A DNA stretch of 64,000 nt, taken from the IMG/VR virus record IMGVR_UViG_3300036832_000827, positions 4,916-68,915 of that record, one strand, 5' to 3'. Positions 17,891 through 26,778 of this stretch are shown one piece after another. A program made the position numbers and the translations under genes. Position 1 is the first letter of the stretch, and every line of letters starts with the position of its first letter. The stretch comes from a virus. Under the pieces are notes generated by a model. It worked only from the letters and a program-made list of their open reading frames with translations. It made no database searches and had not been told where the DNA came from.

Positions 17891-18155
17891 ATTCGACCTC
17901 CAGAGCGTAGACATCGTGACCGGCGAGAAAGTCTCTGTATTCTCTCGGCTCTTCGAACACGACTGAGAGCACGGTGACGTTACGATTTTCAAGTCCTGTG
18001 CCGATGGTGACGAAGCTCGGCGGCGAGCAATTGCAGTTCGGGATCGGGCAGCCGTCTCCGCTATGGCGAATGAATGGGTCGGTTTCGATGCTTCCGCCTT
18101 CGGGGAGTTCGCCGTTCGGGCCGACGTTTGTGTAAATGACTTTTTTGATCTTCAT
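17877..18155 (-). CDS. Hypothetical early protein, 92 aa
   Basis: CAGGAGA RBS; promoter TTGACA-18-TAGTCT-TAGTACA at 18197-18226. Confidence 0.55.
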   Translation of the reverse strand: MKIKKVIYTNVGPNGELPEGGSIETDPFIRHSGDGCPIPNCNCSPPSFVTIGTGLENRNVTVLSVVFEEPREYRDFLAGHDVYALEVEYADA

Positions 18156-18199
18156 GTTTTCTCCTGTGTATTATCTGCTCTTTGCGAGCTGTACTAAGA

Positions 18200-18451
18200 C
18201 TAATCCAACTTGCTTTCTTTTGTCAACTTGGCTTTAGGTTTTGATCCGTTGCGTGCTTCGCGCTTCTCTTTTTGTTTTTTAAGCCAGTAGCGTCGGTTGG
18301 ACTCGGCGCGGGCGCGGAGGCGTTCGGCTTCGGTCTTATATTTCCTAGCGTTACGGCGGCTGGATCGTTGTTTCTTGGCGCTTCGCGAACTGCCGCCGCG
18401 TCGGCCGATCTCGGCGAGGTATTCTCTTACTGCGTCTGGTGTGTCTGCCAT
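18200..18451 (-). CDS. Basic small protein (YLAEIGRRGG, KGG-like), 83 aa
   Basis: CAGGAGA RBS; highly basic. Confidence 0.55.
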   Translation of the reverse strand: MADTPDAVREYLAEIGRRGGSSRSAKKQRSSRRNARKYKTEAERLRARAESNRRYWLKKQKEKREARNGSKPKAKLTKESKLD

Positions 18452-18549
18452 ATGGTTTTATCTCCTGTTTTTAATTTTGGTGATCGCGCTTACGAGCATG
18501 ATGGCGAGCAAGGCGGCGAGTTTGACATAGGGTGCAACTTGGTTCCAGG

Positions 18550-18789
18550 TCATGAGCGCTCCTTCCATTCGATAGCCTGTCCGCCGCAGGGAATAAAGAC
18601 ACGGTCATCGGTCCTGAATAGATCAAATTTTCCGGCATCTGCTGTACGTGCTGCTCGGTAAAATTCCGCATGTGAGTAATTCGGGATCTCAACTTTTGGC
18701 CCGGCGTGTTTATAGAGCTGGCCGCGCTCGGCGTCGGTGAGTTTCTGGACGGGCTCAAATGTCATCCCCTGGTACTTGAATTTTCTCAT
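18550..18789 (-). CDS. Hypothetical protein, 79 aa
   Basis: AAGGAGG RBS, ATGA coupling to the upstream gene. Confidence 0.55.
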   Translation of the reverse strand: MRKFKYQGMTFEPVQKLTDAERGQLYKHAGPKVEIPNYSHAEFYRAARTADAGKFDLFRTDDRVFIPCGGQAIEWKERS

Positions 18790-19301
18790 TTCGCCTCCTT
18801 GAGTTTACCGGTGCAGTCTGAACCAGCGTGTCCGCAGACGGGGCATTCGCCAGCGGTTGTCAGCTTTTTGTGCGGGATCGGTTTACTGCCGTTCTCGATG
18901 GCGGCCTCAAGCTGGTCGGGGATTCCGGCGATCTCCATTGCCGAATTTTCAATACGTCCGATAGTTCTTGAGGCGAATGGCTCGGTGGCCTTCACGTAAT
19001 CCGCATAGAGCTCGGCGAGCTGGGCGGCTGCGGTGCAAATGTTCTGGACATCGCCGTCGACAATAAAATCGTTCTCTTCGAGAATTTCCTTGATCTTGAG
19101 CCTGATACCGGTCGGCGGTTCAAAGAGTGCGATGGCTTCCTTCTTCGTCTTGACCTCAACGGATCGGCGGCTGCCTTTGAACGATGCTTTATGATATTTC
19201 CTACCGTCACAAAAGAACGGCGTTATATCGCCTCGGTGTTTGCCATCCTCAAAAACGGAGTAGCTTCCGGTATCTGGTGAAAGTGCGTTGACTGTAATCA
19301 T
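18786..19301 (-). CDS. Hypothetical early protein, 171 aa
   Basis: CAGGAGA RBS; promoter TTGACA-18-TATTCT at 19354-19383. Confidence 0.55.
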   Translation of the reverse strand: MITVNALSPDTGSYSVFEDGKHRGDITPFFCDGRKYHKASFKGSRRSVEVKTKKEAIALFEPPTGIRLKIKEILEENDFIVDGDVQNICTAAAQLAELYADYVKATEPFASRTIGRIENSAMEIAGIPDQLEAAIENGSKPIPHKKLTTAGECPVCGHAGSDCTGKLKEAK

Positions 19302-19379
19302 TTTTGTCTCCTGTTGTTTTGTAGAATCTCCGCTAAAGTTGCGGTGTGAGATAAGAATAAGCGAAGGCGATTTGATATG

Positions 19380-19661
19380 TCAACCGCTGCCAGCCCAATT
19401 GATAGCTCTGATGATCCCGGCTTTTGAGATCGGGAAATCAATTTCTGTAACGTTGATGTCTTCTGGCCGGTCTTCCCAGGTACGGGTCGGGGCTCCGTGC
19501 TGTTCGACATTATCGCTATCGTAATACTCTTTGACTTCTTTTTCGAGTTGCTTTATATCGCGGATGATTTCTGATCGGCGTTTCTCGGCTTCGCGTTTAG
19601 ACCCGAAGGCTTCGATCTCCGGGCCGTCGACGGTGGATAGGTGTAGGTAATAGATTTTCAT
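19380..19661 (-). CDS. Hypothetical early protein, 93 aa (probably near-leaderless mRNA)
   Basis: TTGACA-17-TATTCT (19671-19699) only 9 nt upstream of the ATG. Confidence 0.55.
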   Translation of the reverse strand: MKIYYLHLSTVDGPEIEAFGSKREAEKRRSEIIRDIKQLEKEVKEYYDSDNVEQHGAPTRTWEDRPEDINVTEIDFPISKAGIIRAINWAGSG

Positions 19662-19786
19662 AGTGGACTAAGAATAAGGCAAGCGGCTTTGAATGTCAAC
19701 TCGCAGATAAAAGGAAAGGGCCTCGGGCATTTCTGCCAAAGGCCCAAGAGCACTCGTCTCGCAAAGGTGGGTAATTTTACCACAAT

Positions 19787-20026
19787 TCACGATCTCAGGG
19801 CGGCTGAGACGATATCGGCGATATGGCAGCCGGCCTCGCAGTTGGAATATTCGTTATAGGGGATGGCCTGGATATCGCGGAGGGCGTTGTAGTATTTGGT
19901 GAGTTTGAAGCTTTCGACGGCGGCGGCGAATTCTGCGGCATCGGTGACGAATGGCTCATCTCCGGCGTAGCCTTTACTGGCAAAAAAGTCCTGAGCTTGT
20001 TCGGCGATCGATCTATCTTTCGTCAT
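19787..20026 (-). CDS. Hypothetical protein
   Basis: Likely start MTKDRS after GAGGAG. Confidence 0.45.
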   Translation of the reverse strand: MTKDRSIAEQAQDFFASKGYAGDEPFVTDAAEFAAAVESFKLTKYYNALRDIQAIPYNEYSNCEAGCHIADIVSAALRS

Positions 20027-20684
20027 TTTTGTAGAACTCCTCGACGGGTTTCCTGGCGAGTCCCCAGCGTTCGATGATATCGACGGCGCGGGTGAAGCCG
20101 GCTGAGCTGCTGGCGAGTGCAGCGGAGAGGTCGGCAAAGGGTTGTTCTCCGGCGTGAAGTTTTCCGCGCTCAAAGATAAATTTGTCATGGTCTTCGCGTC
20201 GGCAGTAGAAGCACGGGATGAGGATCTCGCGGTGGGTATCGTAGGGATCGACGACATAGAATTCGCCGAGCAGGTTGGCATGATTGTGATATTTCTTATC
20301 GAACCAGCATTTCTCGATGGCGGTAGCTTGACGGGCAGTAGCTTTGGTTTCGTCGTGCTCCTGGGCGGAGATGCGGATCTGTTTATCGAGCTCGATCTTT
20401 TCCCAGGTGTTTTTCATCTCGTAGGCAGAGATGGGTGTTGCTCCGGTATGTTTCTTGAAGGCTTCTTTGAACGCGTGGTGGAGTTTATCTTCGGGAATGA
20501 TGCCGAAGAGCATATCGGTCCAGGTCTCGGCTACCGATCCTATTTTGGCGGCGGCGATCTGTTGGTTCGATAGTTGGAAGGCGGCCTCAACTATCAGGGT
20601 CATTCTTTCGAGGTACTGCTGCCTGGTCTCGTTGGGCGACTCTTGCTCTGATGTCGTTGAGATGGTCTTGGTAGCTTCTGACAT
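20013..20684 (-). CDS. Putative replication accessory protein (helicase loader/inhibitor-like), 223 aa
   Basis: Directly downstream of the initiator; W..(L)...P...L..AF helical pattern; function inferred from synteny. Confidence 0.35.
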   Translation of the reverse strand: MSEATKTISTTSEQESPNETRQQYLERMTLIVEAAFQLSNQQIAAAKIGSVAETWTDMLFGIIPEDKLHHAFKEAFKKHTGATPISAYEMKNTWEKIELDKQIRISAQEHDETKATARQATAIEKCWFDKKYHNHANLLGEFYVVDPYDTHREILIPCFYCRREDHDKFIFERGKLHAGEQPFADLSAALASSSAGFTRAVDIIERWGLARKPVEEFYKNDER

Positions 20685-21468
20685 TTTCTACTCCGGGGAT
20701 CGGTTTATGGATACGGTCGAGCCATCCGACAAAGAATGGCTCCGTCAGTTTTATGCCGTGCTCGGCCGTCCAGTCTTTCGCCTTGGCGAGTTCTTCGGTG
20801 ATATCGCAGTGCATATATTCGGGATCTTGTTTCAATTGTTCCAAAAACGTATTCTCCTTCTCATCGAGAAAATTTATCTTTTTTGAGCGAGGGCGAGCGA
20901 GTGAGTGAGCGAGTGAGTCGAGCGAGTTTTCCTCTGGCGGCGATGCGTTAGCATTGCTCGTTTCTCTCTCCTCTCTCTCTCCTTTCTTTTTATTTATATT
21001 TATATTTAACTCTCTCTCTACTTTGCATGACCCAAGCATTGCTGGGGCATTGCCCTGGGCATTGCTTGGAGCATTGCTTGAGCTTGCCTCTATCTCCTGT
21101 GGTTTCTTGTGTTTCCGCCAACGTTGGTCAGCGGCGTGCTTTGCTCTGTCAGTTTGTTGGCGGTTTATTGCCGATTGTTTGCGTCGGATATTTTCCAAAG
21201 TTGAATTAACAATTCGATTTGGTTTACGTCTCTGCGCAGAAAAAAACTGCAAAATATTCTTTGCGATCTCAACCGTGCAGTCCTTTCCGATCTTTTCCGC
21301 GAGCCGTTTTGGATCGGCCGGAAGGCTCCCTTCCCACCACTCGATATCGAGCGCCCGGCGGTAAGCTCCTTCCTCGGCGAGCGTAAGATTTTCGACACGC
21401 TCGGAGTCCAGCATGGAACGAACGTACAGCGGATACCATGGTCGTCCTGTGAAGATAGGCTTGGGCAT
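20587..21468 (-). CDS. DUF1376/YdaU-like phage replication initiator
   Basis: PWYPLYVRSML...LTLAEEGAYRRALD..W..GSLP N-terminus; internal iteron-like repeats; likely start MPKP at 21468. Confidence 0.7.
   Translation of the reverse strand: MPKPIFTGRPWYPLYVRSMLDSERVENLTLAEEGAYRRALDIEWWEGSLPADPKRLAEKIGKDCTVEIAKNILQFFSAQRRKPNRIVNSTLENIRRKQSAINRQQTDRAKHAADQRWRKHKKPQEIEASSSNAPSNAQGNAPAMLGSCKVERELNININKKKGEREERETSNANASPPEENSLDSLAHSLARPRSKKINFLDEKENTFLEQLKQDPEYMHCDITEELAKAKDWTAEHGIKLTEPFFVGWLDRIHKPIPGVENVRSYQDHLNDIRARVAQRDQAAVPRKNDPDS
20885..21089. repeat. Probable replication origin: GCATTGC iterons, AT-rich tract, GAG(C/T)GAG repeats
   Basis: GCATTGC at 20951, 21036, 21047, 21059, 21071; AT-rich 20981-21010; lies inside the initiator gene, as lambda ori lies in O. 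Confidence 0.6.
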
Positions 21469-21475
21469 GACGGGG

Positions 21476-21718
21476 CTAAAACTTTCCAAAGGTCTTCTCG
21501 AACAAGTCCTCGGTCTCCTCTGCGGCGATGGCTCCTGGCCGGCAATTCCAGACCGCCGCGAGCTCTTCCAGGCTGCCGTGCTTTTCAAGGCGAAGCTTGC
21601 ACCCGTCGCAGCGGAGTATCCACCAGTCGCCCAGCATAAAGACGCGGATCTCTTTTCCGCACAGTGGGCACGGATCGAATGAGGTCAATAGCTGCTCGCT
21701 AAACTCCTTCTCCCTCAT
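21476..21718 (-). CDS. Lar-like (restriction alleviation) zinc-finger protein
   Basis: PCPLCG...CDGC...EELAAVWNCR pattern. Confidence 0.5.
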   Translation of the reverse strand: MREKEFSEQLLTSFDPCPLCGKEIRVFMLGDWWILRCDGCKLRLEKHGSLEELAAVWNCRPGAIAAEETEDLFEKTFGKF

Positions 21719-22307
21719 CGACGATCCTGCTCTTGATCTTGTCGGATCCCTTGACCAGGTCGATGACAACGGCCCGGCCTTCGCCATTGCGAGCTCCGAC
21801 CTTGAAGTATTTGGTCTTGGTCTCGGGGTCTACCGGGAGCTCGGCCTCGTGCTTGTGCATCAGGTGATCGAGGATCTCCTTGGCTTCTACCTCCCTGGCC
21901 AGGACGCCGATCCGCTCAGTCTTAAAGGCGTGGTAATTTAGGGCCGGTTCGCGTAACTCAGGGATGTCGACCTCGGTCAAGATCTCCTCGGCACCTGGCA
22001 GGAAAGGATTGCCATCGGCGTCGGCATCGAGCACAACTTCCCTGGTCTTGACAGTGTCGTCGGCCGCATAGTCCTCGACCATCGTAAACAGGACACTCAG
22101 GCTCTCCGATGGCCCGATCTCATCCACACCGGGCTTCCCTGTCCGGTGTGCGAACCAAAGACCGCCAGTGGCCCGGTACGGCTTAAAGCCCAGGTCCAGA
22201 CAACTATCCCAATCGCTCTTTCCGTCTTCGCTTAAATTCCCATACACCGGATCGGCCGTCACCGGCAGGTCCACTACATTTCCCTTCGTTGCTACTGTTT
22301 TTGCCAT
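21699..22307 (-). CDS. Hypothetical protein, ~200 aa
   Basis: ORF in operon; likely start MAKTV. Confidence 0.55.
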   Translation of the reverse strand: MAKTVATKGNVVDLPVTADPVYGNLSEDGKSDWDSCLDLGFKPYRATGGLWFAHRTGKPGVDEIGPSESLSVLFTMVEDYAADDTVKTREVVLDADADGNPFLPGAEEILTEVDIPELREPALNYHAFKTERIGVLAREVEAKEILDHLMHKHEAELPVDPETKTKYFKVGARNGEGRAVVIDLVKGSDKIKSRIVDEGEGV

Positions 22308-22315
22308 AAAAATTC

Positions 22316-22588
22316 TCACTTCCTCCTAAACTCTTTTCTCGCCGGACACGCTGCGAAGTGCGACCGGTAGAGATTCTTTCCATAGATGGCCGCGAACTCC
22401 TTCTCCTCATCCGTCGCAAAGCGGTAGAGCTTTCGCTCGCGGTCAATGACCAGGTTCCCGGCATAATGCGGCTCGGTCTCGATCGGATTCGGCTTTGGCC
22501 TGGGCGTCTTCTCCGATGGCAGCATCGTTAAAAAGACAATTGCCTTACCACACTTCGCGCATCTGCTCGTAGTGGGCACACTACTCAT
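22316..22588 (-). CDS. Small zinc-binding phage protein, 90 aa
   Basis: CAKCG...SHFAAC. Confidence 0.55.
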   Translation of the reverse strand: MSSVPTTSRCAKCGKAIVFLTMLPSEKTPRPKPNPIETEPHYAGNLVIDRERKLYRFATDEEKEFAAIYGKNLYRSHFAACPARKEFRRK

Positions 22589-22761
22589 GCCGTCAAAAGC
22601 AGCACTGCCTTGACCAAAAGTATGATCGCCAGGGCGACCGCGATAACCCTGAAGATGACCTTGAAGGGCCCCGACATCGAGACGTAATTGTCGACGAGAT
22701 AAAAAGCTACGCCGATCACAACGATCAGACCCAGCACTGTATAGATATTCAGGTTCGGCAT
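22585..22761 (-). CDS. Small two-helix membrane protein (Thivi_2564-like)
   Basis: LIVVIGVAFYLVDNYVSMSGPFKVIFRVIAVALAIILL; CAGGAGA RBS. Confidence 0.55.
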   Translation of the reverse strand: MPNLNIYTVLGLIVVIGVAFYLVDNYVSMSGPFKVIFRVIAVALAIILLVKAVLLLTA

Positions 22762-22941
22762 ATAATTTATTTTCTCCTGTGATCGCGGGGGCGTGCCGTG
22801 CCGGCCTTGCATCTACCGCACACGCCTAAGCCGACACAGCCCGCGCTCCCGCCCTTTAGGGATCGACTCTTGAACTTCCCCTTCACTCATCCAGTTTCAC
22901 AAAAGCGAAGTTCGTCCGCGTCCTTGCGGATGGCGGTATCC

Positions 22942-23409
22942 CTAAAACTTTTCAATACCCCCTCTCCAGATATAGTCACCCTTGTCCTCGCGAACCGTCG
23001 CTTCCTCATCCTGGCACCCACACTCCAGCCCGATAAGATCTTCCCTCACCGTCCGCCAGAAGTTCCGCACCTTCCCGCCCGGCACGTGGTTGTCTTCGAA
23101 AGCTCCCTCCAGGCCAAACTGATCCAAGAGCCACTTGGCCTCATTCGACGTCACCCGGTTGACTCCACCAGAAGCCCCCTGCCGGCTAAAACTCAGGTGA
23201 TACTCCGGGCCGGCCTTCTCGCCCTCGGCGATATACTCAACGGCCGACATCACAACGAAATTAAGCTCGGGGTGATACCATGAGCGGCAAACGATAGAGC
23301 TTGGCAGGCCTCGCAGGGTGTCCGGCGTACGCATCTCGCGCCAGGCTGGATTCCGTGGCTTCAGCGTCTGAACTACACTAACTGAGCGCGTCCCTGTGAT
23401 CTTTTCCAT
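22942..23409 (-). CDS. Hypothetical protein, 155 aa
   Basis: ORF in operon. Confidence 0.55.
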   Translation of the reverse strand: MEKITGTRSVSVVQTLKPRNPAWREMRTPDTLRGLPSSIVCRSWYHPELNFVVMSAVEYIAEGEKAGPEYHLSFSRQGASGGVNRVTSNEAKWLLDQFGLEGAFEDNHVPGGKVRNFWRTVREDLIGLECGCQDEEATVREDKGDYIWRGGIEKF

Positions 23410-23418
23410 ATCTCTGCC

Positions 23419-23715
23419 TCATTTCTTCATCCATAAACTCAATTGCTCGGGCGTCGCCTTGAACTGAAAAAGTCCGAGCTCTTCGGATAGCGTCGGGCCC
23501 CGCTTCAGCGTGTAGCGCGGGTAGCACATCTCAATGAACTGATCGAAGCACAAGCTGCACATCGGAGCCTCGCCAAAATCGAGCTCAAAAATTCTGACAA
23601 ACAACCTAAGATCGTGCCCCTTGAAATGATGAACGACCGTGCTCTCGACCCACGGCTTAAGAGATTTTGCACAGTATCTGCACAGGGGAGCCGGCTCTTC
23701 TTCCTCATCGGCCAT
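23419..23715 (-). CDS. Hypothetical Cys-rich protein, 98 aa
   Basis: CRYC...CSLC. Confidence 0.5.
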   Translation of the reverse strand: MADEEEEPAPLCRYCAKSLKPWVESTVVHHFKGHDLRLFVRIFELDFGEAPMCSLCFDQFIEMCYPRYTLKRGPTLSEELGLFQFKATPEQLSLWMKK

Positions 23716-23716
23716 C

Positions 23717-24133
23717 TCACTTCAGGATCTCCTTGAACTGCCCGATAAAAGATTGCAGGCTGTCCGCTACGATGACCTTACAGTGTGCCCGCCTCATCGC
23801 GTCATGCCACTGAAGCTGCTCGGGCGTCGGCACCTGTCCCCTCATCTTTACCTCAACGAAATAGATCCTCCCGCCCAAAAGGAAAAATCTGTCGGCCGTT
23901 CCCTTCTTGCATAGCTGAAGCCAGTTCCTTCTCTCCCGCCAGGTGCCCGTCACGCGGTCCTTGAACCGCTTGACCACTTCGACCTTTCCGGAGTTGAGCC
24001 GGTCATTGTAGACACGGTGCACGTCAAGCCAGTGCTGGATCGATTTAGAGATAAAACTCTCCTTTGGCTCGATCGCCCTCGGCCGGCCAGTGACCGGAAA
24101 TAACCCGCCGCGAAAATCCTTCACTCGCATCAA
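23717..24133 (-). CDS. VRR-NUC domain nuclease (Holliday-junction-resolvase-like)
   Basis: E..I...I...L; GTAD; FVEVK...G...PEQ..W motif. Confidence 0.75.
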   Translation of the reverse strand: MMRVKDFRGGLFPVTGRPRAIEPKESFISKSIQHWLDVHRVYNDRLNSGKVEVVKRFKDRVTGTWRERRNWLQLCKKGTADRFFLLGGRIYFVEVKMRGQVPTPEQLQWHDAMRRAHCKVIVADSLQSFIGQFKEILK

Positions 24134-24135
24134 CT

Positions 24136-24555
24136 TTACTTTTCAACCCAGATCAGCCTGAATGTATGGCCGGGGTAGTGCCATGAATTAGAGAACACTT
24201 GAAAATGGCAGTCGAGAATTTTCGCTAGTTCCTCGCAAGCGACAAGCATTTTGCTATCAACGTGATAGGGTTCGGATACAAAGGCCTTACGATCCGCAAA
24301 GGTTGTGGTCCCCCAATGATCGAATCGTATGTCCCGAAAATGAATGCGGAGAACCTCTTCGACGTCGTAGTACATTTCTCGTCGGCCAATTTGCCCGCGA
24401 AAAGCTTTTCGGATACGAATCTTTACCCATCCGGGGATCCCGTAGTGGACGGGTGAAGGACCAAGCAATTTCCGTCCGGCAAAGATCACACGTTGCGTAG
24501 GATCAATATGCGCGTATTGTTCTGCACTGGCTTCTGTAATACGGTTTTGTATCAT
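24136..24555 (-). CDS. Hypothetical protein, 139 aa
   Basis: ORF with DHWG...VSEPY...SWHYPG. Confidence 0.5.
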   Translation of the reverse strand: MIQNRITEASAEQYAHIDPTQRVIFAGRKLLGPSPVHYGIPGWVKIRIRKAFRGQIGRREMYYDVEEVLRIHFRDIRFDHWGTTTFADRKAFVSEPYHVDSKMLVACEELAKILDCHFQVFSNSWHYPGHTFRLIWVEK

Positions 24556-24764
24556 CGCTTATTCAGTTCCTCGATCAACGCCTCGGCACGCAGGACGGCC
24601 AGGGCCTCTGCATCGTCAAAATTTCCCTTACGGAGATAAGCAGATAGCATCATCGCCGCGAACAATTCCCGCTTCGTCAGCCCCGAGCCGTGAACACCCT
24701 CCTGCATGAACGGCATCGAATGCGTCTCTTCGGCAAAAACCAGATCATCTCCGTTTGTCTTCAT
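24552..24764 (-). CDS. Conserved phage protein, 70 aa
   Basis: GLTKRELFAAM...AEALIEEL motif. Confidence 0.65.
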   Translation of the reverse strand: MKTNGDDLVFAEETHSMPFMQEGVHGSGLTKRELFAAMMLSAYLRKGNFDDAEALAVLRAEALIEELNKR

Positions 24765-24771
24765 TTTGTTT

Positions 24772-24876
24772 TCACCTCGCCGGATAAAAGACCACGATGC
24801 TGAACGCGACTACCGCCAGCAAGATCAGGAAAACCGTCACCGGCCGCTGTGTAATGTACGCGCTCCATCTGGCCAT
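24772..24876 (-). CDS. Small hydrophobic peptide, 34 aa
   Basis: MARWSAYITQRPVTVFLILLAVVAFSIVVFYPAR after GAGGGGG. Confidence 0.4.
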   Translation of the reverse strand: MARWSAYITQRPVTVFLILLAVVAFSIVVFYPAR

Positions 24877-24880
24877 AAAA

Positions 24881-25087
24881 TTATTTCCCCCCTCTCGGGT
24901 CGAACATCTCGATAAATTCAAAAAGACACTTCGAGCACATATCGGGATCTGGTCCGCCGTCCTTTCGCGTGACCTCGATCCCGATGTTAAGGAACTCGTT
25001 ATGGAAGACCTGCGAGTCGCGAAGCTCACGGTTCTCGTCGGATTCGCTCAGCTCGCCCTTGCAGAAATCACAAAATATTTTTGTCAT
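24881..25087 (-). CDS. Small zinc-finger protein, 68 aa
   Basis: CDFC...CSKC; ATGA coupling. Confidence 0.55.
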   Translation of the reverse strand: MTKIFCDFCKGELSESDENRELRDSQVFHNEFLNIGIEVTRKDGGPDPDMCSKCLFEFIEMFDPRGGK

Positions 25088-25524
25088 ACGTCTATCTCAA
25101 ATAGCAGTTTGCGTTGCAGTGGATGCGTGTCGACGCGTGGTCTTGATCCGCGCGACCAGGAACCGCCACCACGTTCCCCGATACATTTCCATCCCGCCGC
25201 TTTGACGCTTGTTCCCTTCTCGGTATCGAGTATGTAAGTGATCGCTCGGCGATAACCCATTTCGCGTGCGGCTCGCCAGGCTGCGGCATACAATATCGAA
25301 CACGCATTCCGCGTTCCGTCCGTACACAGCCTGACCACTTCCACGGTCCAGCCGTCGTCATAATTTCTCGACACCGGCCGTCCGACGATCGCCACTCCGA
25401 CGATCCTTTCGCCGTTCGACGCTCCGAGCGAGAACTTGTGGCCGCGTGGAACCCCATGATGCCGATGATGCTCTTCGACAAACGCATAAGCCTCGTGCAA
25501 AGTTATCGGAACGATCTCAAGCAT
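25084..25524 (-). CDS. XF1762-family protein (Mom/GNAT-like)
   Basis: PITLHEAYAFVEEHHRHH...GVAIVGRPVSR..DDG.TVEV.RLCTDG..NACS.LY. Confidence 0.75.
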   Translation of the reverse strand: MLEIVPITLHEAYAFVEEHHRHHGVPRGHKFSLGASNGERIVGVAIVGRPVSRNYDDGWTVEVVRLCTDGTRNACSILYAAAWRAAREMGYRRAITYILDTEKGTSVKAAGWKCIGERGGGSWSRGSRPRVDTHPLQRKLLFEIDV

Positions 25525-25528
25525 TTCC

Positions 25529-26203
25529 TCATACAGTCACCGGAGCATTCACTGTCAAGATCTTTACGCTCTGTTGCAATTCGACGAACTTCTCGTGCGA
25601 GCCGGTCGCGATATCCGGGTGCAATTTTGCAGCGGCACGCTTGTACGCTTCGACCCTGGCCACCGGATCGGCCAGGATGTCGTGGCGATTGAGTCCCGAG
25701 TGCGTCGCCAGGAAAGCCGCCGCGTCCTCAACGCTCGTCGTCCGCCCTTCGGCCGATGGAAGGGCCTTATACCCTTCATACTGGGCCCGGCCGCGACCGC
25801 CGCCTGTAACGCCGTACCGATCGATCTTGCGCAAGGCTTCCATCGCTTCGGCAATGGCGCGGACATTCGCTTCATAGCGCGTGAACTGATCGCACTCGAA
25901 TTGCATCGGGACCCAGCGCTTGTTCCCCAGGTCCCAAACATCGAACCTGACAACGATGCCCGGATGCTCCGGAGCGCGTGCGTCTCTCCTGAGCCGGCCG
26001 TCCGCACGAACATCCCAGGTCTGGTGCGCCGTCTGGATAACGCATGAGCCAACGCGGTATTCGAGCTTCCAAAGCTCGCGCTCCAGTTGATTCAAGATTG
26101 CGTCCCACGTTTTACCGAACGGCGACGGCTTTCGTTCATCCGCCGCCGTCAGCGGCCGTGGAAACTTTCCTTCAAGGCTTTTGTAGGTGTAGTTAAGGCT
26201 CAT
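25529..26203 (-). CDS. Phage protein with C-terminal J-domain-like HPD motif, 224 aa
   Basis: ANVRAIA..MEALR.IDRYG; AYKRAAAKLHPD...GSHEKF. Confidence 0.7.
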   Translation of the reverse strand: MSLNYTYKSLEGKFPRPLTAADERKPSPFGKTWDAILNQLERELWKLEYRVGSCVIQTAHQTWDVRADGRLRRDARAPEHPGIVVRFDVWDLGNKRWVPMQFECDQFTRYEANVRAIAEAMEALRKIDRYGVTGGGRGRAQYEGYKALPSAEGRTTSVEDAAAFLATHSGLNRHDILADPVARVEAYKRAAAKLHPDIATGSHEKFVELQQSVKILTVNAPVTV

Positions 26204-26210
26204 AAAAAAA

Positions 26211-26350
26211 CGTTCCAGGTCTTTGTAAAATCGGACGCGATCACTCGTTCAGTCTTTCTGTAATATCGGCAATCCTCACTCGTTCGTCGTCGCTGTAGTA
26301 TCGGTCTGCTTCACTCGTTCGCAATCGATGTAAGATCCATCTTCTTCACT
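26211..26350 (-). ncRNA. TIGR-like mini-array 3 (4 units)
   Basis: cgttc-8-tgtaaaatc-8-tcactcgttc-8-tgtaatatc-8-tcactcgttc-8-tgtagtatc-8-tcactcgttc-8-tgtaagatc-8-tcact. Confidence 0.85.
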
Positions 26351-26545
26351 AAGAAAATCTATCGCCATCCGTTCTCGCCGGAGCCCGTCATCTTCACTCC
26401 AAAGGCGGGTCGTGAGCTTTGCGATCTCGCTTCGCCGCCGCATGATCTCTGCCCGTCGCAGGTCCCGTTCTTCGCGGGTAAGCTGGGCGTAGTAGTTCTT
26501 CGCCTCGTAAAAATCCATCCGTTTTGGTCTCGACACGTATCTCAT
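26276..26545 (-). CDS. Hypothetical protein whose 3' end runs through array 3
   Basis: Likely start MRYVSRPK (ATGA coupling). Confidence 0.45.
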   Translation of the reverse strand: MRYVSRPKRMDFYEAKNYYAQLTREERDLRRAEIMRRRSEIAKLTTRLWSEDDGLRRERMAIDFLSEEDGSYIDCERVKQTDTTATTNE

Positions 26546-26778
26546 AAATAGATCATCGTGGCCGCGTTTCGGATCTTCATTACCAGCCGGGCGACGGCAG
26601 CTCGTGGGGATGCTCCAAAAGCCATGCCGCGCGAATTTATCCAGGCGCAGCAACGCGTTCCGGTGTTGCGGACCCGCATCTCTCCGAGCGGCGTCTCGAC
26701 CTTTACTCCGCCTGATCGGCGCAGGTTTCGCTCGACGTCGCGAATGATCCTTTCCCACTCCTTGACCGTGTCTTCCAT
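26542..26778 (-). CDS. Hypothetical protein, 78 aa
   Basis: ORF in operon. Confidence 0.45.
   Translation of the reverse strand: MEDTVKEWERIIRDVERNLRRSGGVKVETPLGEMRVRNTGTRCCAWINSRGMAFGASPRAAVARLVMKIRNAATMIYL

Noticed and set aside
22770-22940. Possible ncRNAs in the intergenic gaps at 22770-22940, 26780-26983 and 27465-27600
   Set aside because: GC-rich hairpins are present, but there is no recognisable family motif or second copy to support a call.
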